The position numbers and the translations under genes were made by a program. Below, in pieces: positions 7,583 to 17,402 of a stretch of DNA of 64,000 bases; position 1 is the stretch's first letter; every line of letters begins with the position of its first letter. Source of the stretch: Betaproteobacteria bacterium (GTDB lineage Bacteria; Pseudomonadota; Gammaproteobacteria; Burkholderiales; Burkholderiaceae_C); assembly GCA_025358155.1 (NCBI GenBank), contig JANYKR010000080.1:16019-80018 (forward strand), given 5' to 3'. The notes under the pieces were generated by a model, which worked only from the letters and a program-made list of their open reading frames with translations, searched no databases and was not told where the DNA came from.

Positions 7583-9205
7583 ATGCCGACGCCGCAAGCG
7601 CCAACGCCGCAAGCCGGCCCGCCGCCGGCCGTGTTGATGCAGGGCATCAACAAGCGCTTCGGTGCGGTGCAGGCCAACCGCGATGTCAGGCTGCGCGTGG
7701 CGGCGGGCACGGCGCATGGCATCGTGGGTGAAAACGGTGCCGGCAAGAGCACGCTGATGTCGATCCTGTACGGCTTCTACCAGGCCGACAGCGGCACGGT
7801 TGCCATCGACGGTCAACCGGCGCTGATCCCTGGCGCCAAAGAGGCCATCGCGCTGGGCATCGGCATGGTGCACCAGCACTTCATGCTGGTCGAGCCGCTC
7901 TCTGCCCTCGACAACATCATGCTCGGCGCTGAAGGCCATTGGCGGCTCAACCCGGCCCGGGCCCGGGTGCGTGGCGAGCTGCTGGCGCTGATGCAGGAGA
8001 CCGGCCTGCAGGTGCGGCTGGACGCTGCGGTCGAAGACCTGCCGGTGGGCGAGCGCCAGCGGCTGGAGATCCTGAAGGCGCTGTACCGGGGTGCCCGCAT
8101 CCTGATCCTCGACGAGCCCACCGCCGTGTTGACGCCGCAGGAGACCCAGGCGCTTTTTGTCACCTTGCGCCGGCTGCGCGAGACCGGCATCACGCTGCTG
8201 CTGATCACCCACAAGCTCGGAGAGATCATGGCGCTGTGCGATGCGGTCACCGTGATGCGCCAGGGCGCGGTGGTGTTCGACGGGCCGATTGCCGAATGCA
8301 GCCTCGACCAGCTGGCCGAGGCGATGGTGGGCCGGCGCGTCAAGCTGGGCCGCGATGCGGCGGTGCCGCCACCGGATGCCAAGCCCGGCGCCACCCTGCT
8401 GGCCGCGCAAGACCTGCACTGGCGCGACGCGCTGGGCGTGGTCCGGCTGGCCGGTGTGTCGCTGGCACTGCGAGCGGGTGAGATCGTCGGCATCGCCGGG
8501 GTCTCGGGCAACGGCCAGAGCGAGTTGCTCGAGATGCTCGCTGGCATGGCCACGCCACAGGCGGGCATGCTGGTGCTGGGCACAGGGGCTGCGGCGCGCA
8601 GCTTCGAGGCGGCATGCTGGCTCGACCCATCCACCGCGCGCCGCCTGGGCCTGGCCCATGTGCCCGAAGACCGCCACCGCTGCGGCATGGTGCTGCCTTT
8701 TGCCGCCTGGGAGTCGGCCGAGCTGGGCTACCAGCGCAGCCCGCGCTTTGCCAGTGCCTGGGGCTGGATGAAGCACGCCGTGATGCGCCAGTCCACCACC
8801 GACATGATGGCCGCCTACGACGTGCGGCCCCGCAACCCTGACCTGCGCTCATCCAAGTTCTCGGGCGGCAACCAGCAAAAACTGGTGCTGGCCCGAGAGG
8901 CGCTGGCGCCCGAGACGCCGCCCAGCGTGCTGCTGGTGGGCCAGCCCACCCGGGGCGTGGACATCGGCGCGATCGAGTTCATCCACGGCCGGCTGCGCGC
9001 GATGCGCGACGCCGGTGGTGCGGTGCTGCTGGTCTCCAGCGAGCTCGACGAGATCCTGGCCCTGGCCGACCGGGTGCTGGTGATGGACCGCGGCCGCATC
9101 GCCGGTGAGTTGTTGATTGCCGACTGCACCGAGGCAGCACTCGGCCGGCTGATGGCCGGCGCCGAGGCCGGCCCGGCTGCCCCGTTGTCCGCCACGCCGG
9201 CATGA
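7583..9205 (+). CDS. Nucleoside/sugar ABC transporter ATP-binding protein (two NBDs)
   Basis: GENGAGKS Walker A, LILDEPT, second NBD with FSGGNQQK and GQPTRGVD. Confidence 0.95.
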   Translation: MPTPQAPTPQAGPPPAVLMQGINKRFGAVQANRDVRLRVAAGTAHGIVGENGAGKSTLMSILYGFYQADSGTVAIDGQPALIPGAKEAIALGIGMVHQHFMLVEPLSALDNIMLGAEGHWRLNPARARVRGELLALMQETGLQVRLDAAVEDLPVGERQRLEILKALYRGARILILDEPTAVLTPQETQALFVTLRRLRETGITLLLITHKLGEIMALCDAVTVMRQGAVVFDGPIAECSLDQLAEAMVGRRVKLGRDAAVPPPDAKPGATLLAAQDLHWRDALGVVRLAGVSLALRAGEIVGIAGVSGNGQSELLEMLAGMATPQAGMLVLGTGAAARSFEAACWLDPSTARRLGLAHVPEDRHRCGMVLPFAAWESAELGYQRSPRFASAWGWMKHAVMRQSTTDMMAAYDVRPRNPDLRSSKFSGGNQQKLVLAREALAPETPPSVLLVGQPTRGVDIGAIEFIHGRLRAMRDAGGAVLLVSSELDEILALADRVLVMDRGRIAGELLIADCTEAALGRLMAGAEAGPAAPLSATPA

Positions 9206-9852
9206 GGCTGCTGATCACCGGCGCCAGCGGCCGCATCGGCCGGGCTTTGGCGGTGCGGCTGGCGCGTGATCACGCGGTGCGTGGCTTTGACCGTGTGCCC
9301 TCCAGCACAGCGCACTGGGTGGGTGATCTGGGCGACCCCGACTTGTTGAAGCGAGCCCTGCAAGGCGTGGACGCGGTGGTGCATACCGCCGCGCTGCAAG
9401 CGCCGCAGGTGGGGCCGGTTGACGACGCCGAGTTTGAGCGCATCAACCTGCAGGCCAGCCACACGCTGGCCGAGCTGGCGGAGGTGGCCGGCGTCAGGCA
9501 CAGGGTCTACACCCGCACCACCGCGTTGTACGGCGCTGCGGCCAGCCCGCCGGATCAGGCTGACCCGGCCAGTGGGGTGGACGAAGACCTGGCGCCGCCG
9601 CCGCGCAACGTGTACCACCGCAGCAAGCTGGCCGCCGAAGCGGTGCAGCAGGGCTGGGCACTGCCGGCTGGCATCGACCGGGTGGTGTCGCCGGCCCGGG
9701 CGATGCAGCAACTGGGCTGGCAGCCGCGTCACGGCTTTGATGAGGTGCTGCGCCAGCTTGACGAGCACTCGCCCGAAGTGCTGCCGCCTGGCTTTGAGGT
9801 AGCGCTGCCGGCGGACCCGCAGCCGACCGGTTGCCGGGCGGCTTGCGCATGA
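9202..9852 (+). CDS. NAD-dependent epimerase/dehydratase (extended SDR), apparently internally deleted; possible pseudogene
   Basis: ITGASGRIG and YxxxK (YHRSK) are present, but the protein is only 216 aa and jumps from the catalytic helix to the C-terminal DRV...LGWQP segment. ATGA overlaps at both ends. Confidence 0.65.
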   Translation: MRLLITGASGRIGRALAVRLARDHAVRGFDRVPSSTAHWVGDLGDPDLLKRALQGVDAVVHTAALQAPQVGPVDDAEFERINLQASHTLAELAEVAGVRHRVYTRTTALYGAAASPPDQADPASGVDEDLAPPPRNVYHRSKLAAEAVQQGWALPAGIDRVVSPARAMQQLGWQPRHGFDEVLRQLDEHSPEVLPPGFEVALPADPQPTGCRAACA

Positions 9853-10985
9853 GCCGGCCCGTCGAGCTGCCGCGCTGGGTCGACCTCGGCCTGCTGCCGC
9901 TGCTCAACCTGGCGATGGCGTTGGCGGTCTGCGGCGTCGTCGTGGCGGTGGTCGGGCTCGACCCGCTGCAAGTGCTCGCCCTGCTGGTCAAGGGCGCCTT
10001 CGGCAGCCGGGCCGGCCTCAGCTACACGCTGTACTACGCCACCACCTTCGTCTTCACCGGCCTGGCGGTGGCGGTGGCCTTTCACGGCGGGTTGTTCAAC
10101 ATCGGCGGCGAGGGCCAGGCGATGATCGGCGGCCTGGGCTGCTCGCTGGTGGCGCTGGCGCTGGGTGACCGGCTGCCCGCGGCTGTGTTGCTGCCGCTGA
10201 TGGTGGCCGCCGCGATGGTGTTTGGCGCGGCCTGGGCGGCCGTACCGGCGGCGCTCCAGGCCTGGCGTGGCAGCCATGTCGTGATCACCACCATCATGTT
10301 CAACTTCATCGCGTCGGCGCTGCTGGCGTTTTTGCTGGTCAATCTGCTCAAAGACCCGGCCAGCATGTCGATCGAGACCGGGCCGTTCCCGGAGGCCGCG
10401 CACATGCCCGGCATGCACCAGGTGCTGGGCTGGCTGGGGCTGGACTGGCCGCGCACGCCGCTCAACCTCAGCGTGCTGCTGGCCGGGGCGGCAGCGCTGG
10501 GGGTGACGCTGCTGCTCTGGCGCACGCAGGCCGGTTACGCGCTGCGCACGGTGGGGTTCTCGCCCGCTGCGGCGCGCTATGCCGGTATCCGGCCGCGCCG
10601 CCAGGTGATGGCCGGCATGCTGATCTCGGGTGCGCTGGCCGGCCTGGTCGGTATCAACGAGCTCGCCGGCGTGCAACACCGCTTGCTGCTGGACTACGTG
10701 ATGGGCGCGGGGTTCACCGGCATCGCGGTGTCGCTGATCGGTCGCAACCATCCGCTGGGCATCGTGTTGGCCTCGCTGCTCTTCGGCGCGATCTACCAGG
10801 GCGGCGCCGAGCTGGCGTTCGAGATCCCCGGGTTCTCGCGTGACATGGTCAGCACGCTGCAAGGGCTGATCGTGTTGTTCTCGGGCGCCCTGGCCCAGGT
10901 GGCCGCACCCGGGCTGGCGCGGCTCTACGGCTGGCTGCGCCCGATGGACCGTGCGCTGCCTGCCACCGGAGCCGCCGATGGATGA
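9849..10985 (+). CDS. Nucleoside ABC transporter permease 1
   Basis: GLFNIGGEGQ, VITTIMFNFIA, GFTGIAVSLIGRNHP. ATG overlaps the SDR stop codon. Confidence 0.93.
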   Translation: MSRPVELPRWVDLGLLPLLNLAMALAVCGVVVAVVGLDPLQVLALLVKGAFGSRAGLSYTLYYATTFVFTGLAVAVAFHGGLFNIGGEGQAMIGGLGCSLVALALGDRLPAAVLLPLMVAAAMVFGAAWAAVPAALQAWRGSHVVITTIMFNFIASALLAFLLVNLLKDPASMSIETGPFPEAAHMPGMHQVLGWLGLDWPRTPLNLSVLLAGAAALGVTLLLWRTQAGYALRTVGFSPAAARYAGIRPRRQVMAGMLISGALAGLVGINELAGVQHRLLLDYVMGAGFTGIAVSLIGRNHPLGIVLASLLFGAIYQGGAELAFEIPGFSRDMVSTLQGLIVLFSGALAQVAAPGLARLYGWLRPMDRALPATGAADG

Positions 10986-11955
10986 GGCCTTGATCGGCGG
11001 CCTGCTGGCCTCTACCTTGCGTGTCAGCACACCGCTGATCCTGTGCGCGCTGGCGGCGGTGCTGAGCGAGCGCTCGGGCGTGATCGACCTGGGGCTCGAA
11101 GGCAAGATGCTGCTGGCGGCCTTTGCCGCTGGCGCGGCAGGTGCCAGCACCGGCTCGTTGGCGCTGGCCTTGGGGGCGGCGCTGGCGGTGGGGCTGGCGC
11201 TGTCGATGCTGCACGGCTACGCCTGCGTCAGCCACAGCGGTGACCAGGTGGTGCTGGGCATGGCCCTGACCATGATTGCCGCCGGCCTCACCATCGTGCT
11301 GGGCATCGCTTGGTTCAAGCAGGGCGGGCAGACGCCGCCGCTGCCCGACGCGGTGCGGCTGAGGCCGCTGCTGACCGACCTGGCGGCGGTGCTGCAAGGC
11401 CTGCCGCTGGGCGGGCGGGTGATGGCCGACGGCCTGCTCGGCCACAACGGGCTGGTCTACCTGGCGCTGGCGCTGGTACCGCTGGTGTGGTGGCTGCTGT
11501 ACCGCACCCGAATCGGCCTGCGGCTGCGCGCCACCGGCGAAAACCCGGCGATGGTGGACGCCGCCGGCCTGTCGGTCAAAGGCCTGCGCTACGGCGCGCT
11601 GGCAGCCAATGGCCTGCTCTGCGGCCTGGCCGGCAGCTACCTGGTGCTGGCGCAAAACGCCAACTTCGTGCCCAACATGACGGCCGGCCGGGGTTACATG
11701 GCGCTGGCGGCGATGATCTTCGGCAAATGGCATCCGGTGGGCGCACTCTGGGCCTGCCTGCTGTTCGGGTTTCTGGACGCGGCGGCGATCCGGCTGCAGG
11801 GCGTGTTGCTGCCGCAGGCGCTGGGTGGCGGCGCGGTGCCGGTGCAGGCGATCCAGGCGCTGCCCTATGTGTTGACGGTGGTGCTGCTGGCCGGTTTCAT
11901 CGGCCGCTCGCGGGCACCGGCCGCGCTGGGTGTGCCCTACCTCAAGGAGCGTTGA
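10978..11955 (+). CDS. Nucleoside ABC transporter permease 2
   Basis: SERSGVIDLGLEG, LRATGENP, MTAGRGYMALAAMIFGKW, ALPYVLT. Confidence 0.93.
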   Translation: MDEALIGGLLASTLRVSTPLILCALAAVLSERSGVIDLGLEGKMLLAAFAAGAAGASTGSLALALGAALAVGLALSMLHGYACVSHSGDQVVLGMALTMIAAGLTIVLGIAWFKQGGQTPPLPDAVRLRPLLTDLAAVLQGLPLGGRVMADGLLGHNGLVYLALALVPLVWWLLYRTRIGLRLRATGENPAMVDAAGLSVKGLRYGALAANGLLCGLAGSYLVLAQNANFVPNMTAGRGYMALAAMIFGKWHPVGALWACLLFGFLDAAAIRLQGVLLPQALGGGAVPVQAIQALPYVLTVVLLAGFIGRSRAPAALGVPYLKER

Positions 11956-11959
11956 AGCG

Positions 11960-12487
11960 ATGTTGCCCCCAGGTTTGATGCAGCCGCCGGCAGCCGCCAC
12001 GGCCGTACCGCCCAGCGACGCGCAGTGGGCGCAGCTGCTGCAGGCGGCCCGCGCCGCCCGCGCCATGGCCTACGCGCCCTACTCGCAGTTTGCGGTGGGC
12101 GCCGCCTTGCTGGACGAACACGGCCGGGTGCACGCCGGCTGCAACGTCGAAAACGCCGCCTACCCGCAAGGCCAGTGTGCCGAGGCGTCGGCCATCGCCC
12201 AGCTGGTGCTGGCGGGCGGGCGGCGCATCCTGGCAGTGGTGGTGGTGGGTGTGACCGAGCCCCGCCTTGACGCTGCTGCCGGCGCTGGCGCTGACCGCGC
12301 TGCTGCGGGTCTGGCCGTGACGCCCTGCGGCGGCTGCCGCCAGCGGCTGCGCGAGTTTGCCGCCGACGACACGCCGGTCTGGTCGGCCGACCTGCAATCG
12401 GTGCGCGCACGGTTTACGCTCGGGTTCTTGTTGCCGGCCAGCTTTGGCCCGGCCCATCTGGCCAGCCGCCCTGGCCATCTGCCCTGA
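11960..12487 (+). CDS. cdd: Cytidine deaminase (tetrameric type)
   Basis: AYAPYSQFAVGAA, GCNVENAAY, CAE and PCGGCRQ zinc ligands. Start at 11960 or 11978. Confidence 0.92.
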   Translation: MLPPGLMQPPAAATAVPPSDAQWAQLLQAARAARAMAYAPYSQFAVGAALLDEHGRVHAGCNVENAAYPQGQCAEASAIAQLVLAGGRRILAVVVVGVTEPRLDAAAGAGADRAAAGLAVTPCGGCRQRLREFAADDTPVWSADLQSVRARFTLGFLLPASFGPAHLASRPGHLP

Positions 12488-12502
12488 TCCCCTGCCCGCG
12501 CC

Positions 12503-13330
12503 ATGACCACCACCACCCTGCAAGACCGCATCCAACTCAGCCTGGCCCGCATCCAGCAGCGTGCACCCGGCTGCGCGCCCCGCTTGGGCCTGGTGCTGGG
12601 CTCGGGCTGGGACGGCATTGCCGAGCTGGTGGACGGCGCCATCGACATCGCCTACGCCGAGCTGCCGGCCTTCCCGGGGCTGGGCGTGGCGGGCCATGCC
12701 GGCACGCTGCGGCTGGGCCAGATCGGCGGCCGTGCAGTGGCGCTGCTGCGCGGCCGCCAGCCCGCTTACGAGACCGGTGACGCCGCTGGCATGAAGGGGG
12801 CCGTCCGCACCCTGGCCGCGCTGGGCTGCAGCAGCCTGTTGCTGACCAACGCGGCCGGCAGTCTGGAGCCGCACATGCCGCCCGGCTCGCTGATGCTGAT
12901 CAGCGACCACCTCAACATCGTGCAGCGCACGCCGCTGCACGACGAGCCCGGCGCCAGCCGTTTCATCGACATGAGCGCGGCCTACGACGCCAACCTGCGC
13001 GACCAGGCCGCCGCCGCAGCCGAAGCTGCGGGCATCGAGCTGCATGAGGGTGTCTACGCCTGGGTGCTCGGCCCGCAGTTCGAAACCCCGGCCGAGATCC
13101 GTATGCTGCGCGCCATGGGCGCACAGGCGGTGGGCATGAGCACCGTGCCTGAGACCATCCTGGCCCGGCATGCCGGCCTCAAGGTGCTGGGCTTGTCGAT
13201 GTTGACGAACCTGGGCGCCGGCATGGCCCCCCAGACCCTCAGCCATGCCCACACCTTGCACACCGCCCAGGCCACCGCCGCGCTGGCGGCCCGGCTGCTG
13301 GCGGCCATCGTGCCGGCGCTGGATGTCTGA
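12503..13330 (+). CDS. Purine-nucleoside phosphorylase (trimeric XapA/PunA type)
   Basis: LVLGSG, TNAAGSL, GPQFETPAEI, GMSTVPE. Confidence 0.93.
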   Translation: MTTTTLQDRIQLSLARIQQRAPGCAPRLGLVLGSGWDGIAELVDGAIDIAYAELPAFPGLGVAGHAGTLRLGQIGGRAVALLRGRQPAYETGDAAGMKGAVRTLAALGCSSLLLTNAAGSLEPHMPPGSLMLISDHLNIVQRTPLHDEPGASRFIDMSAAYDANLRDQAAAAAEAAGIELHEGVYAWVLGPQFETPAEIRMLRAMGAQAVGMSTVPETILARHAGLKVLGLSMLTNLGAGMAPQTLSHAHTLHTAQATAALAARLLAAIVPALDV

Positions 13331-15053
13331 AACCCTGAGCCGGGCCGGGCCAGAAAACCCAGTTCCATCCCCCATCAAGAGCCCGACCTTGACCCCCCCG
13401 AATTCCTCCCCGCCGCCGCCCCGCCGGACCGGGCTGGTGCTGGCCGCGTTGGCGCCGCTGCTCGCCGGTGGGGTGGCCGGTCTGCTGGCAGGCTGCGCCA
13501 GCCCTGCCGCACCGCGCCCGCCGCTCAAGCTCACCATCCTGCACACCAACGACCACCACGGCCGGTTCTGGGTCAACAGCGACGGCGAGGGCGGCATGGC
13601 CGCGCGCAAGACCTTGATCGACGCCCAGCGCGCCGAGGTGGCCGCCGCCGGCGGCGTGTCGCTGCTGCTCGACGGCGGCGATGTCAACACCGGCGTGCCC
13701 GAGAGCGACCTGCAAGACGCCGAGCCCGACTTCAAGGGCATGAACCGCCTGGGCTACGACGCGATGGCGGTGGGCAACCACGAGTTTGACAAGCCGCCCG
13801 AGGTGCTGGCCAAGCAGCGCGGCTGGATCAACTTTCCGATGCTGGCGGCCAACATCTACCGGGGCGGCGAGCGCATGTTCGAGCCCTACCGCATCTTCGA
13901 GTTGCGAGGCTACAAGATCGCGGTGCTCGGCCTGACCACCGACGACACCAGCAAGATGGTGCTGCCAGACAACCTCAAAGGCATCGAAATCCGCCGGCCC
14001 ATCCCCGAGGCAGCGCAACTGGTGCCGCTGCTGCGGGCCCAGGCCGACATGGTGATCGCCACCACCCACATGGGCCACTACCCAGACGGCAACCGAGGCG
14101 TCAATGCACCCGGCGATGTGGAAATGGCGCGGGCGGTGCCCGGCCTGGACCTGGTGGTCGGCGGCCACAGCCAGAACCCGGTCTGCATGCTGGCCGAGAA
14201 CCAGCGCAACGAGGCCTACGTGCCCGGCACCGCCTGCTCGCCCGACCGGCAGAACGGCAGCTGGATCGTGCAGGCGCATGAATGGGGCAAGTACGTCGGC
14301 CGGGCCGATTTTGTGATTGACGGCGGCAAGATCGAGCTGCTGCGCTACCAGCTGTTGCCGGTCAACCAGAAGCAGAAATTGGCCGACGGCAGCCAGGTCA
14401 CTTACACCGCGCCGATTGCCGAGGCGCCCGATCTGCTGGCCTTCTTGCAGCCCTTTCAGCTCGCCGGCCAGGGCCGTTTGATGATCCCGGTAGGCCAGAC
14501 CGACGGCGTGCTCGACGGTGACCGCGCCCGCGTGCGGCGCCAGCCCACCAACCTCGGTCGGCTGGTGGCCACCGCGATGATGGCGCGCACCGGTGCGGAC
14601 GCCGCGCTGATCAATTCAGGCGGGCTGCGTGACTCGCTCCCGGCCGGCCAGATCACCTACCGCGACGTGCTCAAGGTCCAGCCCTTTGGCAACACCTTGG
14701 GCGTGATCAGCTTCAGCGGCACCGAGTTGCTGGCCTACCTGCAGGCCGCCGCCAGGATGAGCCCCGGCGCCGGCGGCTACCCGCAGACCGCCGGTCTGCA
14801 ACTGCGCATCGCCGGCGACCAGCTGATCGAGGCCCGGGTCGCCGGGCAACTGATCGAGCCCACGCGCATCTACCGCCTGGCGGTCAACAACTTCACCGCC
14901 ATCGGTGGCGACGGCTACCCCAAGATCAACAACCACCCGGGCTACATCAACTCGGGTTTCAATGACGCCGAGGTGCTGCGCGCCTACCTTGAGGCCCACA
15001 GCCCGATCAGAATCGCCGACTTCGCGCCGGGCGGCGACGTGACGCGGCGCTGA
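13323..15053 (+). CDS. ushA: 5'-nucleotidase/UDP-sugar hydrolase (UshA family), probable lipoprotein
   Basis: LHTNDHH, DGGD, GNHEFD, GGHS, NSGGLR; LAGC lipobox. Start uncertain (ATG 13323 or TTG 13389). Confidence 0.88.
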   Translation: MSETLSRAGPENPVPSPIKSPTLTPPNSSPPPPRRTGLVLAALAPLLAGGVAGLLAGCASPAAPRPPLKLTILHTNDHHGRFWVNSDGEGGMAARKTLIDAQRAEVAAAGGVSLLLDGGDVNTGVPESDLQDAEPDFKGMNRLGYDAMAVGNHEFDKPPEVLAKQRGWINFPMLAANIYRGGERMFEPYRIFELRGYKIAVLGLTTDDTSKMVLPDNLKGIEIRRPIPEAAQLVPLLRAQADMVIATTHMGHYPDGNRGVNAPGDVEMARAVPGLDLVVGGHSQNPVCMLAENQRNEAYVPGTACSPDRQNGSWIVQAHEWGKYVGRADFVIDGGKIELLRYQLLPVNQKQKLADGSQVTYTAPIAEAPDLLAFLQPFQLAGQGRLMIPVGQTDGVLDGDRARVRRQPTNLGRLVATAMMARTGADAALINSGGLRDSLPAGQITYRDVLKVQPFGNTLGVISFSGTELLAYLQAAARMSPGAGGYPQTAGLQLRIAGDQLIEARVAGQLIEPTRIYRLAVNNFTAIGGDGYPKINNHPGYINSGFNDAEVLRAYLEAHSPIRIADFAPGGDVTRR

Positions 15054-15105
15054 GCCGCCGCCGGGCACAAGCGCCTGCCCCTCACCCGACGACCCGCCAC
15101 CCACC

Positions 15106-15888
15106 ATGACCCAAGCCTCCCTCCGCAGCGCCGACGATGCCCGCACCGCGCTGGCCTGCCTGGACCTGACCAGCCTGAACGACAACGACGACGCGGCGGC
15201 GATCAGCGCGCTGGTGGCCCGCGCTGGCGGGCCCGCCGGCGTGCCGGCTGCGTTGTGCGTCTGGCCCCGTTTTGTGGCCCAGGCCCGGCAGGCCTTGGCA
15301 GCGCCTGTTCGGGTGGCGGCGGTGGCCAATTTTCCGGCCGGCGGCACCGATGCGGCAGCGGCGGTGGCCGAGGCGCTGGCCATCGTGGCCGCCGGCGGCG
15401 ACGAGATCGACCTGGTGCTGCCCTGGCGCGCGCTGCAGCGCGGTGATGCGGCCACCGCCGCTGCGCTGGTGCAGGCGGTGCGCCAGGCCTGCCCGGCCCA
15501 CACCCTCAAGCTGATCATCGAATCGGGCGAACTCGCCACGCCAGCGCTGATCCGGCAGGCCTGCGCCATCGGGCTGGAGGCGGGCGTCGACTTCCTCAAG
15601 ACCAGCACCGGCAAGACCGGCAGCGGCGCCACACCGCAAGCCGCCCGGCTGATGCTGCAAAGCATTGCCGATCATCCGCGCGGGGCCCAGGTCGGCTTCA
15701 AGGCCTCGGGCGGCATCCGCACGGTGGCGGACGCGGCGGTCTACATCGACTTGGTTCGAGCGATGCTCGGCCCGGCCGCGCTGGCGCCGCAGCGTTTGCG
15801 CTTCGGCGCCAGCGGGCTGCTGGGCGACATCGAGACTGTGCTGGCCGGCCAGGGCGCCGGCAACACGGCCGCCCCGGGCAGCTACTGA
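15106..15888 (+). CDS. deoC: Deoxyribose-phosphate aldolase
   Basis: LDLTSL, VANFP, DFLKTSTGK, GFKASGGIR, RFGASGLL. Confidence 0.95.
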   Translation: MTQASLRSADDARTALACLDLTSLNDNDDAAAISALVARAGGPAGVPAALCVWPRFVAQARQALAAPVRVAAVANFPAGGTDAAAAVAEALAIVAAGGDEIDLVLPWRALQRGDAATAAALVQAVRQACPAHTLKLIIESGELATPALIRQACAIGLEAGVDFLKTSTGKTGSGATPQAARLMLQSIADHPRGAQVGFKASGGIRTVADAAVYIDLVRAMLGPAALAPQRLRFGASGLLGDIETVLAGQGAGNTAAPGSY

Positions 15889-15918
15889 CCGCCGCGCTCG
15901 AGCAAGTCGCCGCTGCCG

Positions 15919-17265
15919 ATGCTGCCCACCGAAATCATCCGCGCCAAGCGCGACCGGCAGGCGCTGAGCGAGGCTCAAATCCAGGCTTTTGTGCGTGGTC
16001 TGGTCGATGAGTCCTGGAGCGAGGGCCAGGTGGCGGCGCTGGCGATGGCGGTGCTGCTCAATGGCATGGACCGCGCCGAGTGCGTGGCGCTGACCCGGGC
16101 GATGACGCTGTCGGGCGCAGTGCTCGACTGGCGCGACGCCGGCCTGCGCGGCCCGCTGCTCGACAAGCACTCCACCGGCGGCGTGGGCGACAAGGTCAGC
16201 TTGCTGCTGGCGCCGATCATCGCGGCCTGCGGCGGCGTGGTGCCGATGGTCTCGGGCCGGGGCCTGGGCCACACCGGCGGCACGCTGGACAAGCTGCAAG
16301 CCCTGCCCGGCTACAACACCGCGCCGGGCCGGTCGCAGCTGCTGCAGGTGCTGCGCCAGGCCGGCTGCGCCATCATCGGCGCCAGTGCCGACCTGGCACC
16401 GGCCGACCGCCGGCTCTACGCCATCCGCGATGTCACCGCCACGGTCGAGTCGCTGCCGCTGATCACCGCCAGCATCCTGAGCAAAAAACTGGCGGCGGGC
16501 CTGCAAGGCCTGGTGATGGATGTCAAGCTGGGCAATGGCGCCTTCATGGCCCGGCCCGACGAAGCGCGCGCCCTGGCCCGCAGCCTGGTCGAGGTGGCGC
16601 AGGGCGCCGGCCTGCCTTGCCGGGCGCTGATCAGCGACATGAACCAGGTGCTGGGCTGGACGGCCGGCAATGCGCTGGAAGTGGCCGAGAGCGTGGCCTT
16701 TCTGACCGGCGCCGAGCGCGAGCCGCGGCTGCAGGTGCTGACGCTGGCGCTGGCCGCGCAACTGCTCAACCTGGGCGGTCTGGCCGCCACGCTGGCGGAC
16801 GGCCAGGCCCTGGCCGAGGCGGCGCTGACCAGCGGCCGTGCCGCCGAGCACTTTGCCCGGATGGTGGCCGGCCTGGGCGGGCCCACAGCGGTGCTGACCG
16901 ATGCCGGCTTGCCAGCAGCGCCAGTGCAGCTGGACGTGCCGGCGCCGCGCGACGGTGTGCTGGCAGCGGTGCAGACCCGCGCCTTGGGTCTGGCCGTGGT
17001 GGCGCTGGGCGGCGGCCGGCGCCGCACCGGCGATGCGGTGGACCCCCGGGTGGGCCTGTCGCACATCCGCCCGCTGGGCACGCGGCTACAGGCCGGTGAG
17101 CCGGTGCTGCGGGTCCATGCCGCCGACCGGGCCCAGGCCGAGGCGGCGGCCGCGGCGGTGCTGGCGGCCATCACGCTGGCTGACACCGGCCCTGCACCCT
17201 GCCCGGTGGTGCTGGAGTCGCTGGTCTCCGAGGCGGCAACGGCCGAGGGTCAAGCGACAACATAA
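15919..17265 (+). CDS. deoA: Thymidine phosphorylase
   Basis: DKHSTGGVGDK, SGRGLGHTGGTLDKL, SILSKKLA. Confidence 0.95.
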   Translation: MLPTEIIRAKRDRQALSEAQIQAFVRGLVDESWSEGQVAALAMAVLLNGMDRAECVALTRAMTLSGAVLDWRDAGLRGPLLDKHSTGGVGDKVSLLLAPIIAACGGVVPMVSGRGLGHTGGTLDKLQALPGYNTAPGRSQLLQVLRQAGCAIIGASADLAPADRRLYAIRDVTATVESLPLITASILSKKLAAGLQGLVMDVKLGNGAFMARPDEARALARSLVEVAQGAGLPCRALISDMNQVLGWTAGNALEVAESVAFLTGAEREPRLQVLTLALAAQLLNLGGLAATLADGQALAEAALTSGRAAEHFARMVAGLGGPTAVLTDAGLPAAPVQLDVPAPRDGVLAAVQTRALGLAVVALGGGRRRTGDAVDPRVGLSHIRPLGTRLQAGEPVLRVHAADRAQAEAAAAAVLAAITLADTGPAPCPVVLESLVSEAATAEGQATT

Positions 17266-17287
17266 GCGCTGCTGATGAATTTCGACT

Positions 17288-17309
17288 TTGATGAATAACG
17301 CTTCATCAA
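17288..17309. promoter_or_regulatory. Perfect dyad TTGATGAA-N6-TTCATCAA upstream of dadA; candidate operator
   Basis: 8-bp perfect inverted repeat in an AT-rich patch, with a further TGATGAAT copy just upstream (about 17273). Confidence 0.5.
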
Positions 17310-17402
17310 TCGACCTTGCTTGCCGACAATTACTCCAGCGAAGCGCCTCCCAGGCGCCACACCGGCCCGCCGCAGGCTGGGCGCCTTGCTCAGGAGTTGT
17401 TC

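Noticed and set aside
17330-17402. Glycine riboswitch upstream of dadA
   Set aside because: Only scattered fragments (CGAAG, CTCAGG) are present; the core consensus and spacing are missing.
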